64,000 nt of DNA, taken from positions 372,001 to 436,000 of the forward strand of contig AP039692.1 in assembly GCA_051599415.1 (NCBI GenBank), in the 5' to 3' direction. The translations under genes and the position numbers were made by a program. Below are positions 31,401 to 42,750 of the stretch, piece after piece; position 1 is the first letter of the stretch, and each line of letters begins with the position of its first letter. The stretch comes from Savitreella phatthalungensis (lineage: Eukaryota). Below the pieces are notes generated by a model. It was not told the origin of the DNA and made no database searches. It saw only the letters and a program-made list of their open reading frames with translations.

Positions 31401-34400
31401 ATGGAGATCTTCCCTGGCACCTCATTCGCCTATTCTGGTTTCCGTGTCGATGGACTAGTCAGGGAGATCAATGCAAGACTGCCAGTAACTCATCATCTCG
31501 AGACCCTCCAGGGAGTCTACGTACATTTCGTCAAGCTCGCAGACGGCATTCAGGGTCTGGACGATGCTACCCGGCAGACACTCGGCGTACTCCTTGCATA
31601 TGATGAGCCTTTCACCGCTGCAGATAGTCAAGCTGTCCAGCTGATTCAGGCGATTGCCTCTCAGGAGCCCCAGCCAGGACTTTTCTATATTACACCACGT
31701 GTAGGTACTATCTCGCCATGGTCGTCGAAGGCTACAAATATCGCCCATGTCTGCGAGCTCAGAAGCCGTGTCGCACGGATTGAGCGTGGTCTGGCTATTC
31801 TATTGCAGCCGAGGAATGCAGGCGTCAACATGTCTGACGTGCTCCACCTCGTCACACCACTTCTGCACGATCGAATGACTGAAAACTGTTCGACTGCTCC
31901 GCCAACCTACGAGAATCTCTTTGGTGTATCTGAGCCGTCGACTTTCTCAGCCGTCAATCTTGGCGCAAAGGGTGATAAGGCGGTGGCAAAATCCAACCTG
32001 CAAGCATCAAATCAGGAACTCGGTCTCGCTATTGCTACTGATGAGCTTGATTACCTTGTCGGGGCCTTTTCCGACGGCACAGATGAGCTCGAGGCTCGTG
32101 CGCCGACCGATGTCGAGCTCTTTATGTTTGCTCAGGTCAACTCGGAGCACTGTCGCCACAAGATTTTTAATGCTTCATGGACAATCGACGATCAGATTCG
32201 GGACAAATCTCTCTTTAGCATGATTCGCCACACGCATCAGACGCATCCAGCCCATACAATCTCTGCATACTCTGATAACGCAGCCGTCCTTGAAGGACGC
32301 GACTCAAATCACTGGACCCCTCGCGATGGCGGCAAGTGGTCAGGAGAGCGCAAACTGCTTCACTACCTTGCAAAGGTCGAAACGCACAACCATCCTACTG
32401 CAGTCTCCCCATTCCCTGGAGCAGCCACGGGGTCTGGTGGCGAGATCCGCGACGAAGGCGCCGTTGGTATCGGCTCCAAGCCAAAGGCAGGCCTTGCAGG
32501 CTTCAGTGTCAGCGATCTGCAACTCCCATCTCTGCCGCAGCCCTGGGAGCTGCCATACGGAAAGCCAGGCCATATTGCGTCGCCCATCGATATCATGCTT
32601 GATGGACCGATCGGTAGTGCAGCATTCAATAACGAATTCGGCAGACCGAACATTCTCGGTTATTTCCGGACGCTGTCTGCTCAGACCGATACCGTAGTTC
32701 GGGGCTTTCACAAGCCCATCATGCTTGCAGGTGGTGTTGGCACTGTACTGCCAGAGCACTCCTTCAAAGGCAAGATTCTTCCCGGAAGTGCTATCATCGT
32801 CCTCGGTGGGCCCTCGATGCTCGTCGGCCTTGGAGGTGGCGCAGCATCTAGTATGGCTTCTGGCGACACATCGGAGTCGCTCGATTTCGCATCTGTTCAG
32901 CGCGGCAATCCAGAGATGGAAAGACGAGCGCAAATGGTGATCGACGCATGCACAAGCATGGGCGGTGATAACCCGATCGAGTCTATTCACGATGTCGGTG
33001 CCGGAGGACTCTCCAATGCATTGCCAGAACTCGTTCACGACGCCGGGCTTGGTGCCGTCTTCGAGCTGAGGAATGTGCCCTGTGATGATCCTGGCATGTC
33101 ACCGATGCAGATCTGGTGCTGTGAGGCACAAGAGCGATACGTGCTCTCCATCCCACAATCTCGATTGAGCGAATTCACGCGTATCGCCGGTCGCGAGCGT
33201 TGTCCTTTTGCCGTCGTCGGTCGTGCGACCGAAGAGCAGCGTCTGATACTTCACGACAGCAAGTTCGACAACAACCCGATCGATCTACCAATGTCCGTGC
33301 TTTTCGGGAAGCCGCCGCGCATGTCACGCGCAGACAAAGTCGTCGCACAGCAGACAAAACCTTTCGATGCATCGCTTGCGTCCTACATGCCGTCGACGGA
33401 CGACAAGGCACGTATCAGCGAGGCAGTCAAACGCGTTCTGCAGATGCCCGCTGTGGGCAGCAAATCGTTCCTGATCACGATCGGCGATCGCTCCGTCACA
33501 GGTCTTGTGGCACGCGATCAGATGGTAGGCCCATGGCAGGTACCTGTGGCGGACGTCGCTGTCACTTACTCTGCCCTCGGCGGTGGTGAGCATGGCGAGG
33601 CATTCGCAATGGGGGAAAAGCCGTTGCACGCTCTGACCTCTGCCGGCGCGTCCGCCCGGATGTGCATCACCGAGGCGCTTCTCAACCTTGCAGCGGCTGA
33701 CATCGGCGCTCTCTCGCACGTCCGACTCAGCGCGAACTGGATGGCCGACGCAAGCACACCTGGTGATGGTGCAGCACTCTACGAGGCGGTCGAGACGATC
33801 GGTCTCGACGTGTGTCCGAAGCTCGGTGTTTCAATCCCAGTCGGCAAAGACTCAATGTCAATGAAGATGAAGTGGAAGGACAACGATGTGGACAAAGCGG
33901 TCGTTGCACCCTTGTCACTCGTCATCACAGCTTATTCAACTGTTGAGTCAGTCCACAAGACGTGGACACCGCAGCTGCAAGCTGGTGATGGTCATGTGAT
34001 TGTCCGCGTCGCACTCAACAAGCTTTCCATCCAGCGTCTCGGCGGCAGCATCGTGGGCCAAACTTTCAACGACCTGCGCGATATTTGCCCTGATATCGAT
34101 GAAGTGGCAAGTCTCAAGAGCTTCATGGATGCCGTCGAGCAGCTGCACGCAAATGATCGAATGGTCAAGGCTTATCACGACGTTTCAGAGGGCGGCACGC
34201 TGGCTGCACTTGTCGAGATGATTTTCGCAGGCCGCGTCGGAGTGGACGCCACCCTCTCGGCTGACACCACAGAAGCAGCTGTGCGCGAGCTGTTCAACGA
34301 AGAGCCGGCTGCACTCTTCCAGATCGCCGAGGCAGATCTAGCCGCCTTCAGCCAAGCGTTCGTGAAGGCAGGTCTACCCGCCGAGCAGATCAAACAGATC

Positions 34401-35465
34401 GGTCGTTGCACGGCAAATCCCCAGGCTCCTCTACGGGTCCAGACCGCCGGTGGCGAGATTGTGTTTGAGAGCAAGCGTGGTCCACTTCAACAACTGTGGG
34501 CACGTACTTCATTCGAGATGCAGAAGCTACGTGACAATCCGCAGTGTGCGGAGGAGGAGTTTGCCGCGATGCTTGACGACACAGATCACGGCCTTCAGTA
34601 CAGATGCAGCCCATCCCCGCAGAAGCCGTTGTCTATCGCAAGAAAACCTCGCGTTGCAATTCTGCGTGAGCAAGGCGTCAATGGCCACAGCGAGATGGCC
34701 TATAGCTTCCACGTCGCTGGCTTCGACGCGATCGATGTCCACATGACGGATCTGATCACGGGCAAACTGTCCTTACGCGACTTCTCCGGTCTCGCTGCTT
34801 GCGGTGGGTTCTCATACGGTGACGTCCTCGGCGCCGGGTCGGGATGGGCAAAGTCCGTGCTGCTACATGATCGCACGCGCGCAGAGTTCCGTCACTTCTT
34901 TGCCGAGCGCGACGACACCTTCGCTCTCGGCGTCTGCAACGGCTGCCAGTTCTTCTCGGGTCTCAAGCAGCTCATCCCAGGCGCATCCTCCTGGCCAGCT
35001 TTCCGCCGCAACAGATCAGAGCAGTATGAGGCTCGATTCTGTCAATTGGGAATCAGCGAGGATCTCGCAGACGAGGACAGCGTCTTCTTACGAGGTATGG
35101 CTGGTTGGTCGATGCCAGTCGTGGTCGCTCACGGTGAAGGTCGGGCGAGCTTTGCGTCGAACGATGACCTGGATGAGGTCGATCAGGACCAATCGCCCTT
35201 GCGATATCTCGATCCGAAGGGCAGCCCGACCGAACGGTACCCATACAACCCGAATGGCAGCCCGCGTGGTATTGCCGGCGTGACCGCTGCCGATGGCCGC
35301 GTTCTAGCACTCATGCCTCACCCAGAGCGTACCATTCTCAGAGAAGCTTCGTCATGGTATCCACAAACGCAGGCACACGAACAAGGCTGGGGAGAGAATG
35401 GGCCATGGGTACAGATCTTCCGCAATGCCATGAGCTGGGTGCTCGAGAAGCAGCAATTGAAATGA
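31401..35465 (+). CDS. ADE6: Phosphoribosylformylglycinamidine synthase (large PurL)
   Basis: QVNSEHCRHKIFNA, KVETHNHPTA, GAATGSGGEIRDEG, HDVGAGG, LREQGVNG, glutaminase GVCNGCQ and MPHPER. Confidence 0.98.
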   Translation: MEIFPGTSFAYSGFRVDGLVREINARLPVTHHLETLQGVYVHFVKLADGIQGLDDATRQTLGVLLAYDEPFTAADSQAVQLIQAIASQEPQPGLFYITPRVGTISPWSSKATNIAHVCELRSRVARIERGLAILLQPRNAGVNMSDVLHLVTPLLHDRMTENCSTAPPTYENLFGVSEPSTFSAVNLGAKGDKAVAKSNLQASNQELGLAIATDELDYLVGAFSDGTDELEARAPTDVELFMFAQVNSEHCRHKIFNASWTIDDQIRDKSLFSMIRHTHQTHPAHTISAYSDNAAVLEGRDSNHWTPRDGGKWSGERKLLHYLAKVETHNHPTAVSPFPGAATGSGGEIRDEGAVGIGSKPKAGLAGFSVSDLQLPSLPQPWELPYGKPGHIASPIDIMLDGPIGSAAFNNEFGRPNILGYFRTLSAQTDTVVRGFHKPIMLAGGVGTVLPEHSFKGKILPGSAIIVLGGPSMLVGLGGGAASSMASGDTSESLDFASVQRGNPEMERRAQMVIDACTSMGGDNPIESIHDVGAGGLSNALPELVHDAGLGAVFELRNVPCDDPGMSPMQIWCCEAQERYVLSIPQSRLSEFTRIAGRERCPFAVVGRATEEQRLILHDSKFDNNPIDLPMSVLFGKPPRMSRADKVVAQQTKPFDASLASYMPSTDDKARISEAVKRVLQMPAVGSKSFLITIGDRSVTGLVARDQMVGPWQVPVADVAVTYSALGGGEHGEAFAMGEKPLHALTSAGASARMCITEALLNLAAADIGALSHVRLSANWMADASTPGDGAALYEAVETIGLDVCPKLGVSIPVGKDSMSMKMKWKDNDVDKAVVAPLSLVITAYSTVESVHKTWTPQLQAGDGHVIVRVALNKLSIQRLGGSIVGQTFNDLRDICPDIDEVASLKSFMDAVEQLHANDRMVKAYHDVSEGGTLAALVEMIFAGRVGVDATLSADTTEAAVRELFNEEPAALFQIAEADLAAFSQAFVKAGLPAEQIKQIGRCTANPQAPLRVQTAGGEIVFESKRGPLQQLWARTSFEMQKLRDNPQCAEEEFAAMLDDTDHGLQYRCSPSPQKPLSIARKPRVAILREQGVNGHSEMAYSFHVAGFDAIDVHMTDLITGKLSLRDFSGLAACGGFSYGDVLGAGSGWAKSVLLHDRTRAEFRHFFAERDDTFALGVCNGCQFFSGLKQLIPGASSWPAFRRNRSEQYEARFCQLGISEDLADEDSVFLRGMAGWSMPVVVAHGEGRASFASNDDLDEVDQDQSPLRYLDPKGSPTERYPYNPNGSPRGIAGVTAADGRVLALMPHPERTILREASSWYPQTQAHEQGWGENGPWVQIFRNAMSWVLEKQQLK

Positions 35466-35579
35466 GAAGTCTCGTGACTGTCGAAAACAGACTCTAGGTT
35501 CTTTCTTATAAGGGATACAATAATTTAGGTGGGTGAATAGAGGTAGAAAAATATGCTATAAATTTATATCTGTCCAGGT

Positions 35580-36707
35580 CTACTCAAGGATGATGTACTT
35601 TTGGAGGTGAGACGGGATGGCGTTTGCGAGGCCCTTGCTCTCTAGCCATGAGCGTCGGAAGAGTCTGTTCTGATAACGGTACGCGCCGTCACAGAGGATT
35701 GTGGCAATCGTTTTGCCTGGACCTAGTTGTTTTGCCATCTCGTATGCGGCGGCAATGTTTAGTGCGGTCGATGCACCCACATACAGACCTTCTTCATCGA
35801 GCATGCGATACACCATGGTGATCGAGGCCTCGTCTGGGATATGAAGGGCATCGTCCGCCTTTGTGATATCATCAGCCATGTTGTCCGTCACTCGGCCCTG
35901 ACCGATGCCCTCGGTGATGGATGAGCCCGCGCGATCGGTCAGCTTACCGCCGCTCTTGACATAGCTGTACAGAACAGATCCAGGTGGATCGGCGAGGAAG
36001 CTTTTGACCGTGCCGCCACTGGCATCCTTCAGGTATCGTGTCACGCCGGCCCACGTGCCGCCTGTTCCGGTCGCGCACGTGAAACCGTCAAGCTTCCCTG
36101 CCGTCTGCTCCCAGATCTCTGGACCCGTGGTCTCAATGTGAGCGCGCCTGTTGGCGACATTGTCAAATTGATTCGTCCACACAGCGTTCTCGAGCCGGTC
36201 GGCATGGCGCTTAGCCTGGTGATTGTAGTTCTCAGGGTTGTCGAAAGCGACCGCTGGCACCGGGTGCACTTCCGCGCCGAGCATGCGCAGAAGGTCAATC
36301 TTCTCCTGCGACTGCGTATTTGGCATGTAGATGACAAGCTTGTAGCCCTTGCTCCTGCAGACATGGGCCAAGCCAATTCCGGTGTTGCCGGCAGTTCCTT
36401 CAATGACAGTTCCACCGGGCCTGATCAGACCCTTTTCTTCTGCATCTTTTACGACGTAGAGCGCTGCACGGTCCTTGACACTTCCGCCTGGATTCATAAA
36501 CTCCGCCTTGCCAAGAATCTCACACCCGGTCTCATCTGACAGACCCTTGATACGTATCAACGGCGTATTTCCAATCGCTGCTGTGAAACCATGGACTGGA
36601 GAAGCGTACTTTGTAGCGACGGTGGATGATGCAGCTCTTCGAGGAGCAGCAGAAACAGCTGAATGAACCAGCTCTGGCACAGCACGGACGAAAGTAGAGC
36701 GGAGCAT
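35580..36707 (-). CDS. Cysteine synthase (PLP-dependent) with probable mitochondrial presequence
   Basis: [49 protein letters not shown]; Arg/Ser/Ala-rich N-terminus. Confidence 0.95.
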   Translation of the reverse strand: MLRSTFVRAVPELVHSAVSAAPRRAASSTVATKYASPVHGFTAAIGNTPLIRIKGLSDETGCEILGKAEFMNPGGSVKDRAALYVVKDAEEKGLIRPGGTVIEGTAGNTGIGLAHVCRSKGYKLVIYMPNTQSQEKIDLLRMLGAEVHPVPAVAFDNPENYNHQAKRHADRLENAVWTNQFDNVANRRAHIETTGPEIWEQTAGKLDGFTCATGTGGTWAGVTRYLKDASGGTVKSFLADPPGSVLYSYVKSGGKLTDRAGSSITEGIGQGRVTDNMADDITKADDALHIPDEASITMVYRMLDEEGLYVGASTALNIAAAYEMAKQLGPGKTIATILCDGAYRYQNRLFRRSWLESKGLANAIPSHLQKYIILE

Positions 36708-37529
36708 CCTGCTAAAATGCCAATGATGTCAGGAGAGCTATGAGGACGTCACTCTTATTGACTGACAGGTTACCAGGCTTGCCTGTTTGCTCAATTGATT
36801 GCTTGCGTGCTTTTCAGTGTTTCTGCGTAGATTCACGGGGCCGGAGGTGTAGTGCGCCAACATCTTATCAATTACAGGAAATTTCAATTAGTAAATGCAT
36901 GACTCCAGCTCGAGCACGAGTACGTATGTAGCGGGATATGCAAGTGATTTTCGATGTTTGTGCATCGAAAGGTCAGGATCAGATCTATTGGATGCATCGA
37001 TCATGGAAGCTATAATGCACATACATGCAGCGCTAATTATATCGTCTACACGTGCAAAACAGAGTCAGAAATTGCCTCGTATATATTCACATATATATGC
37101 CAATTTTTCGGACCATGCATCACTTCCTCGCCGTTCTCGGGGAGGAAATCCTACCGAACCAGTCTTCTACCTTCCCATATGGGAATTCGGATTTGTCCAA
37201 GAAAAAAAAGTGGAATCCGAGTTTACCGAGCTGCAGCTAAATTTAGATTAGGCGCACACGAGAATTCTCGCCACATCATCGCTGTTTCTCAGACCATTGG
37301 AGCCTCGGAGAGGGCTGCACACGCTGAAGCAGAGGTCTCTGCATGCATTACAGAAGGGCGAGAGTACAATAAGCCGTCCTTAGTCACCTAGTAGATCGAT
37401 CGACGAGAGGAAACGGACGAGTGGTTGACACTTGCTATACGAGCTTTTCAAACTGCAATATACGCTTTCGATGTGATATTGTAAGATATTCATAGTGAGG
37501 TTCAATTCGAGTTAGCGCACTGATATGGG

Positions 37530-38157
37530 TCTTCATCTTCTGCCTCTCGCTCGGCCTTAGCTGGGAGCCTTCGGCATACTTTGCGAGTGGCAGTTCCAGG
37601 TGGGGAGCGCTTATCCCATTCTCGCTGGAAAGGAGATCCTCCCGTCGATGCTGCCAGCATCGTGCACGAGTTCCTGTCTAGAGGCGGATGGGCCAGGATG
37701 ACAAGCAAGGTAATAGAGTACCAAGCGTCTATCTGGAAAAGTCATTGGCTATCTCGAAGATGGGGCAGGTCCAGGAGTATTCTCTATACGAGGTCTTCTA
37801 GACCACGGGAGTTGGACGGATACATTATACCTCTCCTAGAATAGGGCACATCACGGTATAGGAGGAAGCGGATCCTAAGGCAAACGAACAGACCGACGGG
37901 AGCATCCGAGTGTCAGATCTGTCACGGATTCCTATAAGCTGAATCGGTATCAGCCCAACGAAGCCTGTAATCTATAATTCTCCTGTCTATGCTTACGAGT
38001 ACCTGACCTGTCACTTTCACGAGAGTGCTCGAGCTCTTATTGGAGAGGAATCTGAAGATGAAAGCGATTTACTCAGAGGCGTTCGGTGCGATCTTGACCT
38101 TCGATGGATCCGATGAGGATGGTCCTCGGGTAACTAAGATCCGCCGATCGAGCCTCT
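37530..38157 (+). ncRNA. Candidate large structured non-coding RNA (identity unproven)
   Basis: Several nested long-range complementary segments found by eye, with G-U pairs favouring the + strand and no credible ORF; see findings. Confidence 0.35.
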
Positions 38158-39104
38158 AAATTTTCACACAAATTATTGAGCTGATCTACATTGCCTTTCC
38201 GGAGCATGGCTGTGGAAGAATTGTGGATCTCCAGTCGAGGTAAATTCTGACGGATTTACAGTCAAATGGAAGCTTTGGAAAAGGAAGATTTAGAAGGAGC
38301 CCGGCGTTTTTGCCATCGAACCCCTGCTCCGGTCTGGCAATCTCCCGCTGCGGATCGGGGTTCGGAAATTTCCATGGATCAAATCACAGTCAAGACTACC
38401 GAAGTCTTTAGTGAATCAAATTCATTCGTAAGCTCACTGGGTCTCAATAGCCTGTATCTGTCAGCGGTCTCAGAATGACTATGTAGAACTCAATGAAGAC
38501 ATTGAACCAAATTGCGCCAATCAATCAGCCTAACTGAGAAAATGAGTAGGGGACGCGCGTAAAGGGTGAGCGCATTGACAAGCAGAGCCACAACCAGACA
38601 AAGGACAAAGATCGATCACACTTCATCACGAGGGGGCGTTAAGACCGAGAGAGTGTGACATTTGCTGCACAGGTCGGGCTCTATTGTTGTAAAGGACAGT
38701 GAGGCAGATTGCTCTAGCGCGACAGCAGGACACTCCCCGTGCAACCGTTACCCCTGTTTCCTGATTGCTCGGCTTGAGGAATCACAATCTTCCAACATTT
38801 GTGCTGGAAGGTGAATCGACCATAGCCGGCACACGCACGCAGTGACAACTTATTTCAGCTTTTGACAGATATTGCGGCAACGGCTGTCATCGACAAGCGC
38901 TGTCTGTTGCGCGCATCATTGCTGAAACATTCTTGACATTCCTGAGACTGGCAGCTGTTTACAGGTCATCTTCAGGCATTCACCTGTCTGTCCTTTAGGA
39001 GCCTCATCACCTCAACTCCCATCATCGACCCAAGACCCTTCCTTTATTCAGCATCAAGCTCAAGCTCGGCTAGAGCACACCCATCAGGAGAATCATCGCT
39101 GCGG

Positions 39105-40826
39105 ATGAGTGAGGTTTCGCGTTGTTTCTCCGAGGATGTACTCCTCCTTCTTCACATCAACACGACCCGCGATGAGCACGCTTTGCACGTGCCACGCGAT
39201 GCTGTGGAGGTGGTAGAGCTCGCTTGTCTCTTGATTGACACGACGACTCTTTCTGTCAGCGATCGCTTCAATGCACTCGCTCGTCCAGTCAACACGCCTT
39301 TCACCGAAGCGCAAGCTGCTGCCGCTGATTTGAATTGGCACCAGGTAGCTCACGCCGGTGTCTTTGCAGAGGCTATCAAAGCCTTGACCTCATTCATCGA
39401 GGACAAGGTGATCTCACGCGACAAGACATTCAGTTTCGCCTGCTTCACCGCCTGGGACCTGCGTGTACAACTGGTCCGGGAGGCACGTGACAAGCAGGTC
39501 TATTTGCCTCCATATCTGGAACATCCACGACTTTACGAAATTCGGACGGAGTATCTCAAGTGGCATGCTCGCAATCCTGAGGCTGTTCCTTTCGGAGCAA
39601 TCTCAGCCGTCAACGTCTGTGCGGCCCTCCAAATTGCCCCCGATTCGAGCTCTTCTTGGACGACTCCAAAACAACATCAGCAAGAAGCGGCACTGTCAGG
39701 CACACTGCCTGCTTCCAATGATCCGCTCAACTCGAGTCGTATGACGCGCACTGCCGACGGCTGGAGTCCTGAGACTGCCCGTGAGTCGCTTGGACAGAAT
39801 GCAGATGGAACGTCAGGCGGATTGGTCGAGTGCAAGATGCTCTATCGCATCTTGCTCGCACTCCTGGATCGCTCGAACGATGAGCAGGATCCGGCTTACC
39901 GACTATTCTTGACAGCACAAGACGCGGCAGCAGACATCCAGAGTTTCGCCGATGAGCAGTCTCGAGTAATATTCCTCGCTGGCATGGCGCATGACACGAC
40001 GCAGTCTGAACTGGAATCGTGGTTCAATCAGCACGGCGGACGACCCATTGCTTTTTGGACGTTGCGCACACCAGATCAATCTACTGGCACAGGATTCGCT
40101 GTCTTCCAGACTCACAAAGAGGCTGCCCAAGCCATCTATATGAATGGTCGAGCTCTGGCAGATCGAGCGATCGAGGTTGCGCCAAGCTCGTCACGTGTTC
40201 TCGACCGTGCTTCTAGTATCCTCGCGCCGTTTCCTCCAAGCAAGAATAGGCCTCGTCCAGGCGACTGGACATGCCCAGCGTGTGGCTTCAGCAACTTCCA
40301 GCGCCGAACAGCGTGCTTTCGCTGCTCTTTTCCCCTCTCTGCAGCCACTTCGGCATCGAATATGTCCGGAGGCCAGCATCCATTGCAGCTCAGCGTTTCA
40401 GTTCATGCGGCAGAAGGCTCGATCCACCCGGGCGCAAGCTTTCCAACCACATTCTACAGTCCGACAAGTAACGCCTCCGCTTTGCGCTTGAGTGGTGGTG
40501 GTGCTGCTGCTGTCGGTAGTGGTGCTGCTGCCGGAGGTGCTGTCCCATTCCGTGCGGGAGACTGGTCTTGCGATGTTTGTGGCTTCCACAACTTTGCGCG
40601 CAATCCCTCCTGCCTGAAATGCAGCTCCTCGAGGCCCTCGAGCAGCCACTCATCCACGAACTACAACTACCAGCAGTCGAATCAGCATCAATCACAACAG
40701 CAACAGCGACAAGGCCAGCAGCAATTCTTCCCGGCAGCATATCAACCAGCAAGCTCGAACGCACAATCCATGTGGCGGCCAGGACAATATGACACCGCCA
40801 GCAACAACAGCAATTTTACTCAGTAA
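39105..40826 (+). CDS. NRP1: Nrp1/ARP-like RNA-binding protein (exonuclease-like N-domain, RRM, 2 RanBP2 zinc fingers, Q/N-rich tail)
   Basis: HDTTQSELESWF, GRPIAFWTL, TGTGFAVF, PFPPSKNRPRPGDWTCPACGFSNFQRRTACFRC, FRAGDWSCDVCGFHNFARNPSCLKC. Confidence 0.88.
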   Translation: MSEVSRCFSEDVLLLLHINTTRDEHALHVPRDAVEVVELACLLIDTTTLSVSDRFNALARPVNTPFTEAQAAAADLNWHQVAHAGVFAEAIKALTSFIEDKVISRDKTFSFACFTAWDLRVQLVREARDKQVYLPPYLEHPRLYEIRTEYLKWHARNPEAVPFGAISAVNVCAALQIAPDSSSSWTTPKQHQQEAALSGTLPASNDPLNSSRMTRTADGWSPETARESLGQNADGTSGGLVECKMLYRILLALLDRSNDEQDPAYRLFLTAQDAAADIQSFADEQSRVIFLAGMAHDTTQSELESWFNQHGGRPIAFWTLRTPDQSTGTGFAVFQTHKEAAQAIYMNGRALADRAIEVAPSSSRVLDRASSILAPFPPSKNRPRPGDWTCPACGFSNFQRRTACFRCSFPLSAATSASNMSGGQHPLQLSVSVHAAEGSIHPGASFPTTFYSPTSNASALRLSGGGAAAVGSGAAAGGAVPFRAGDWSCDVCGFHNFARNPSCLKCSSSRPSSSHSSTNYNYQQSNQHQSQQQQRQGQQQFFPAAYQPASSNAQSMWRPGQYDTASNNSNFTQ

Positions 40827-41112
40827 TGCCCCTTAAATCTTACGACCCCGCCTACCACGACATAGACAGCCGTAACACACCACCGACTCTTGTCATTCTA
40901 GACTATCATCGATCATCACCACTCATCATCATTCTCATAGCATTCTTACGTATGGCAGCTTGGATCAATCTCAATGAACTTTTACTCGGCTGACAGGTTG
41001 GACCCACTGATATCTAACATTCGAAAGAACGCCTTTCGCTACCATTGCCGGCTGCCACTTGACTTGACTCAGGATATGGCGATCAAATGCATGCTGTATA
41101 ATTTTGGTCTAT

Positions 41113-42171
41113 TTACTTTTGACGCTTGTAAATCTTGTCGAGGAAGACACGGAAGACGTCCGGGTGGAGACCGCGGGAGGTGTCAGTTGCGTCGATCTGC
41201 TTCCGGAGATCCTGGACGGCCTGCTCCTCGTAATTGTGGTACTCCTTCTGGAGGTCCAGTTCATCAAATACCTTTCTCACAGCGGTTTCATCCTCCGCAG
41301 TGCGCCGCCCGTAGTGTGTGTCAAGGACGGCCCGCTGATCGGGTGTGACAAGCTGAAGAGCGCGGTTGACGAGCCAAGAGCACTTGTTGTCCTGAATGTC
41401 GGTACCAATCTTGCCGGTCACATTCGGATCGCCGTAGCAGTCGAGGTAGTCGTCTTGGACCTGGAAGTACTCGCCAAGTGGAATCAAGACATCCCGAGCC
41501 TGTTGCAAATCCGCCTCTTCCGTTACGCCAGCGACATACATCGCCAATGCCACAGGAAGGTAAAAGCTGTAGTATGCGGTCTTGTACCGAACGATGAAGG
41601 AGTGCTTGTCGAGGGAGAACTTTGACAGATCGACATTATCCTCTGGAGCAGTCAAAAGGTCGACCATCTGGCCCATCTCAGTCTGCAGTGTCACCTCCTG
41701 GAATAGCTCAAACAAATCAACGTAGTAAGCCTCCTTGCGGAAGTGCGATTTTAGCAGGTAGTAGATAGCCGCTTCGAGCATGAACGCGTCGTTGATGGCG
41801 ACCATGCCCACAGATGGCATCCGATACCAGCATGGCTGACCTCGTCGAGTTTTGGAATCGTCCATGATATCGTCCGCGACAAGAAAGTACGCCTGAAGGA
41901 GCTCGATGCACCAACCAAGGACAGCGGCTTTGTGGTAATCCTCTGATGATAGCTCCTGATCTTTACCCCCACGCAAGATTCTCAATGTGTCGATAACGGA
42001 GAGACCGCGATTGAGCTTGCCACCGATACAGTTGTGCTGAAAAGAGCGCTTGTACCACTCAACACACTCGTCGGGCATCCCTACTGACTTGAGATAGCCA
42101 ATCAATTCATCGACAAGTGCCGGAAAGGCGTCGATGAACCTTTGCTTTGCTGCCTCCTTGCTGTTGCTCAT
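41113..42171 (-). CDS. ERG20: Farnesyl diphosphate synthase
   Basis: GGKLNRG, FARM YFLVADDIMD, TRRGQPCWY, YKTAYYSF, SARM FQVQDDYLD, GTDIQDNKCSW. Confidence 0.97.
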   Translation of the reverse strand: MSNSKEAAKQRFIDAFPALVDELIGYLKSVGMPDECVEWYKRSFQHNCIGGKLNRGLSVIDTLRILRGGKDQELSSEDYHKAAVLGWCIELLQAYFLVADDIMDDSKTRRGQPCWYRMPSVGMVAINDAFMLEAAIYYLLKSHFRKEAYYVDLFELFQEVTLQTEMGQMVDLLTAPEDNVDLSKFSLDKHSFIVRYKTAYYSFYLPVALAMYVAGVTEEADLQQARDVLIPLGEYFQVQDDYLDCYGDPNVTGKIGTDIQDNKCSWLVNRALQLVTPDQRAVLDTHYGRRTAEDETAVRKVFDELDLQKEYHNYEEQAVQDLRKQIDATDTSRGLHPDVFRVFLDKIYKRQK

Positions 42172-42750
42172 CGATGTGGCTGGCTGAAGCGGATGTCAAC
42201 GGCAACAGAAAAGGTCAAGTAAGAGCGTACGACTACTTCAAAAGTCTCGCTGGGTCAGTTGAGTCACTTGAAAGAGGCTCGCGTTGAGGTTGAGAAGATA
42301 GGTAATTGATGAATCTCTCGAATGTTTTCCACAAGCTTTAATTTGCATAGATTTGCCTGTAGCCTGAATATTGGAAGATTTGTACAGTCGTCCGTGCATT
42401 CGAATTCAATGAGCACGCGCATGCATCTTGTGCAGACATCAACAACAACATTATCCATCCAACGTCATCTCGAGCACATACACGGCATACAAGCCGTACT
42501 GCTGCACTAGTGTACATGCTATTTAGACACATACAGGATAAGGTACTCGCGCAAAGAGTCTAATCATCCTACGCATACCGGACAGGCATGGCATGAAACC
42601 ACCTGAACAACTGATCTGATCTATTCGTCAAGAGCCTGAAGGATGAAATGAACTGATGTACGCCTAAAGCTAATGCTGTCACGAATATCGACTGAAAGAA
42701 TGACGAGCATCATCACCACCGATTTGTAAAGACATTTCATTGATCTAGAT

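Noticed and set aside
37735..37996. GAAAAGTCAT / ATGCTTAC as RNase MRP/P P4 strands
   Set aside because: Pairing is too short and the spacing to the closing helix does not fit P/MRP topology
38110..38135. CCGATGAG...CTC looks like a hammerhead ribozyme core
   Set aside because: Lacks CUGANGA and the GAAA after stem II
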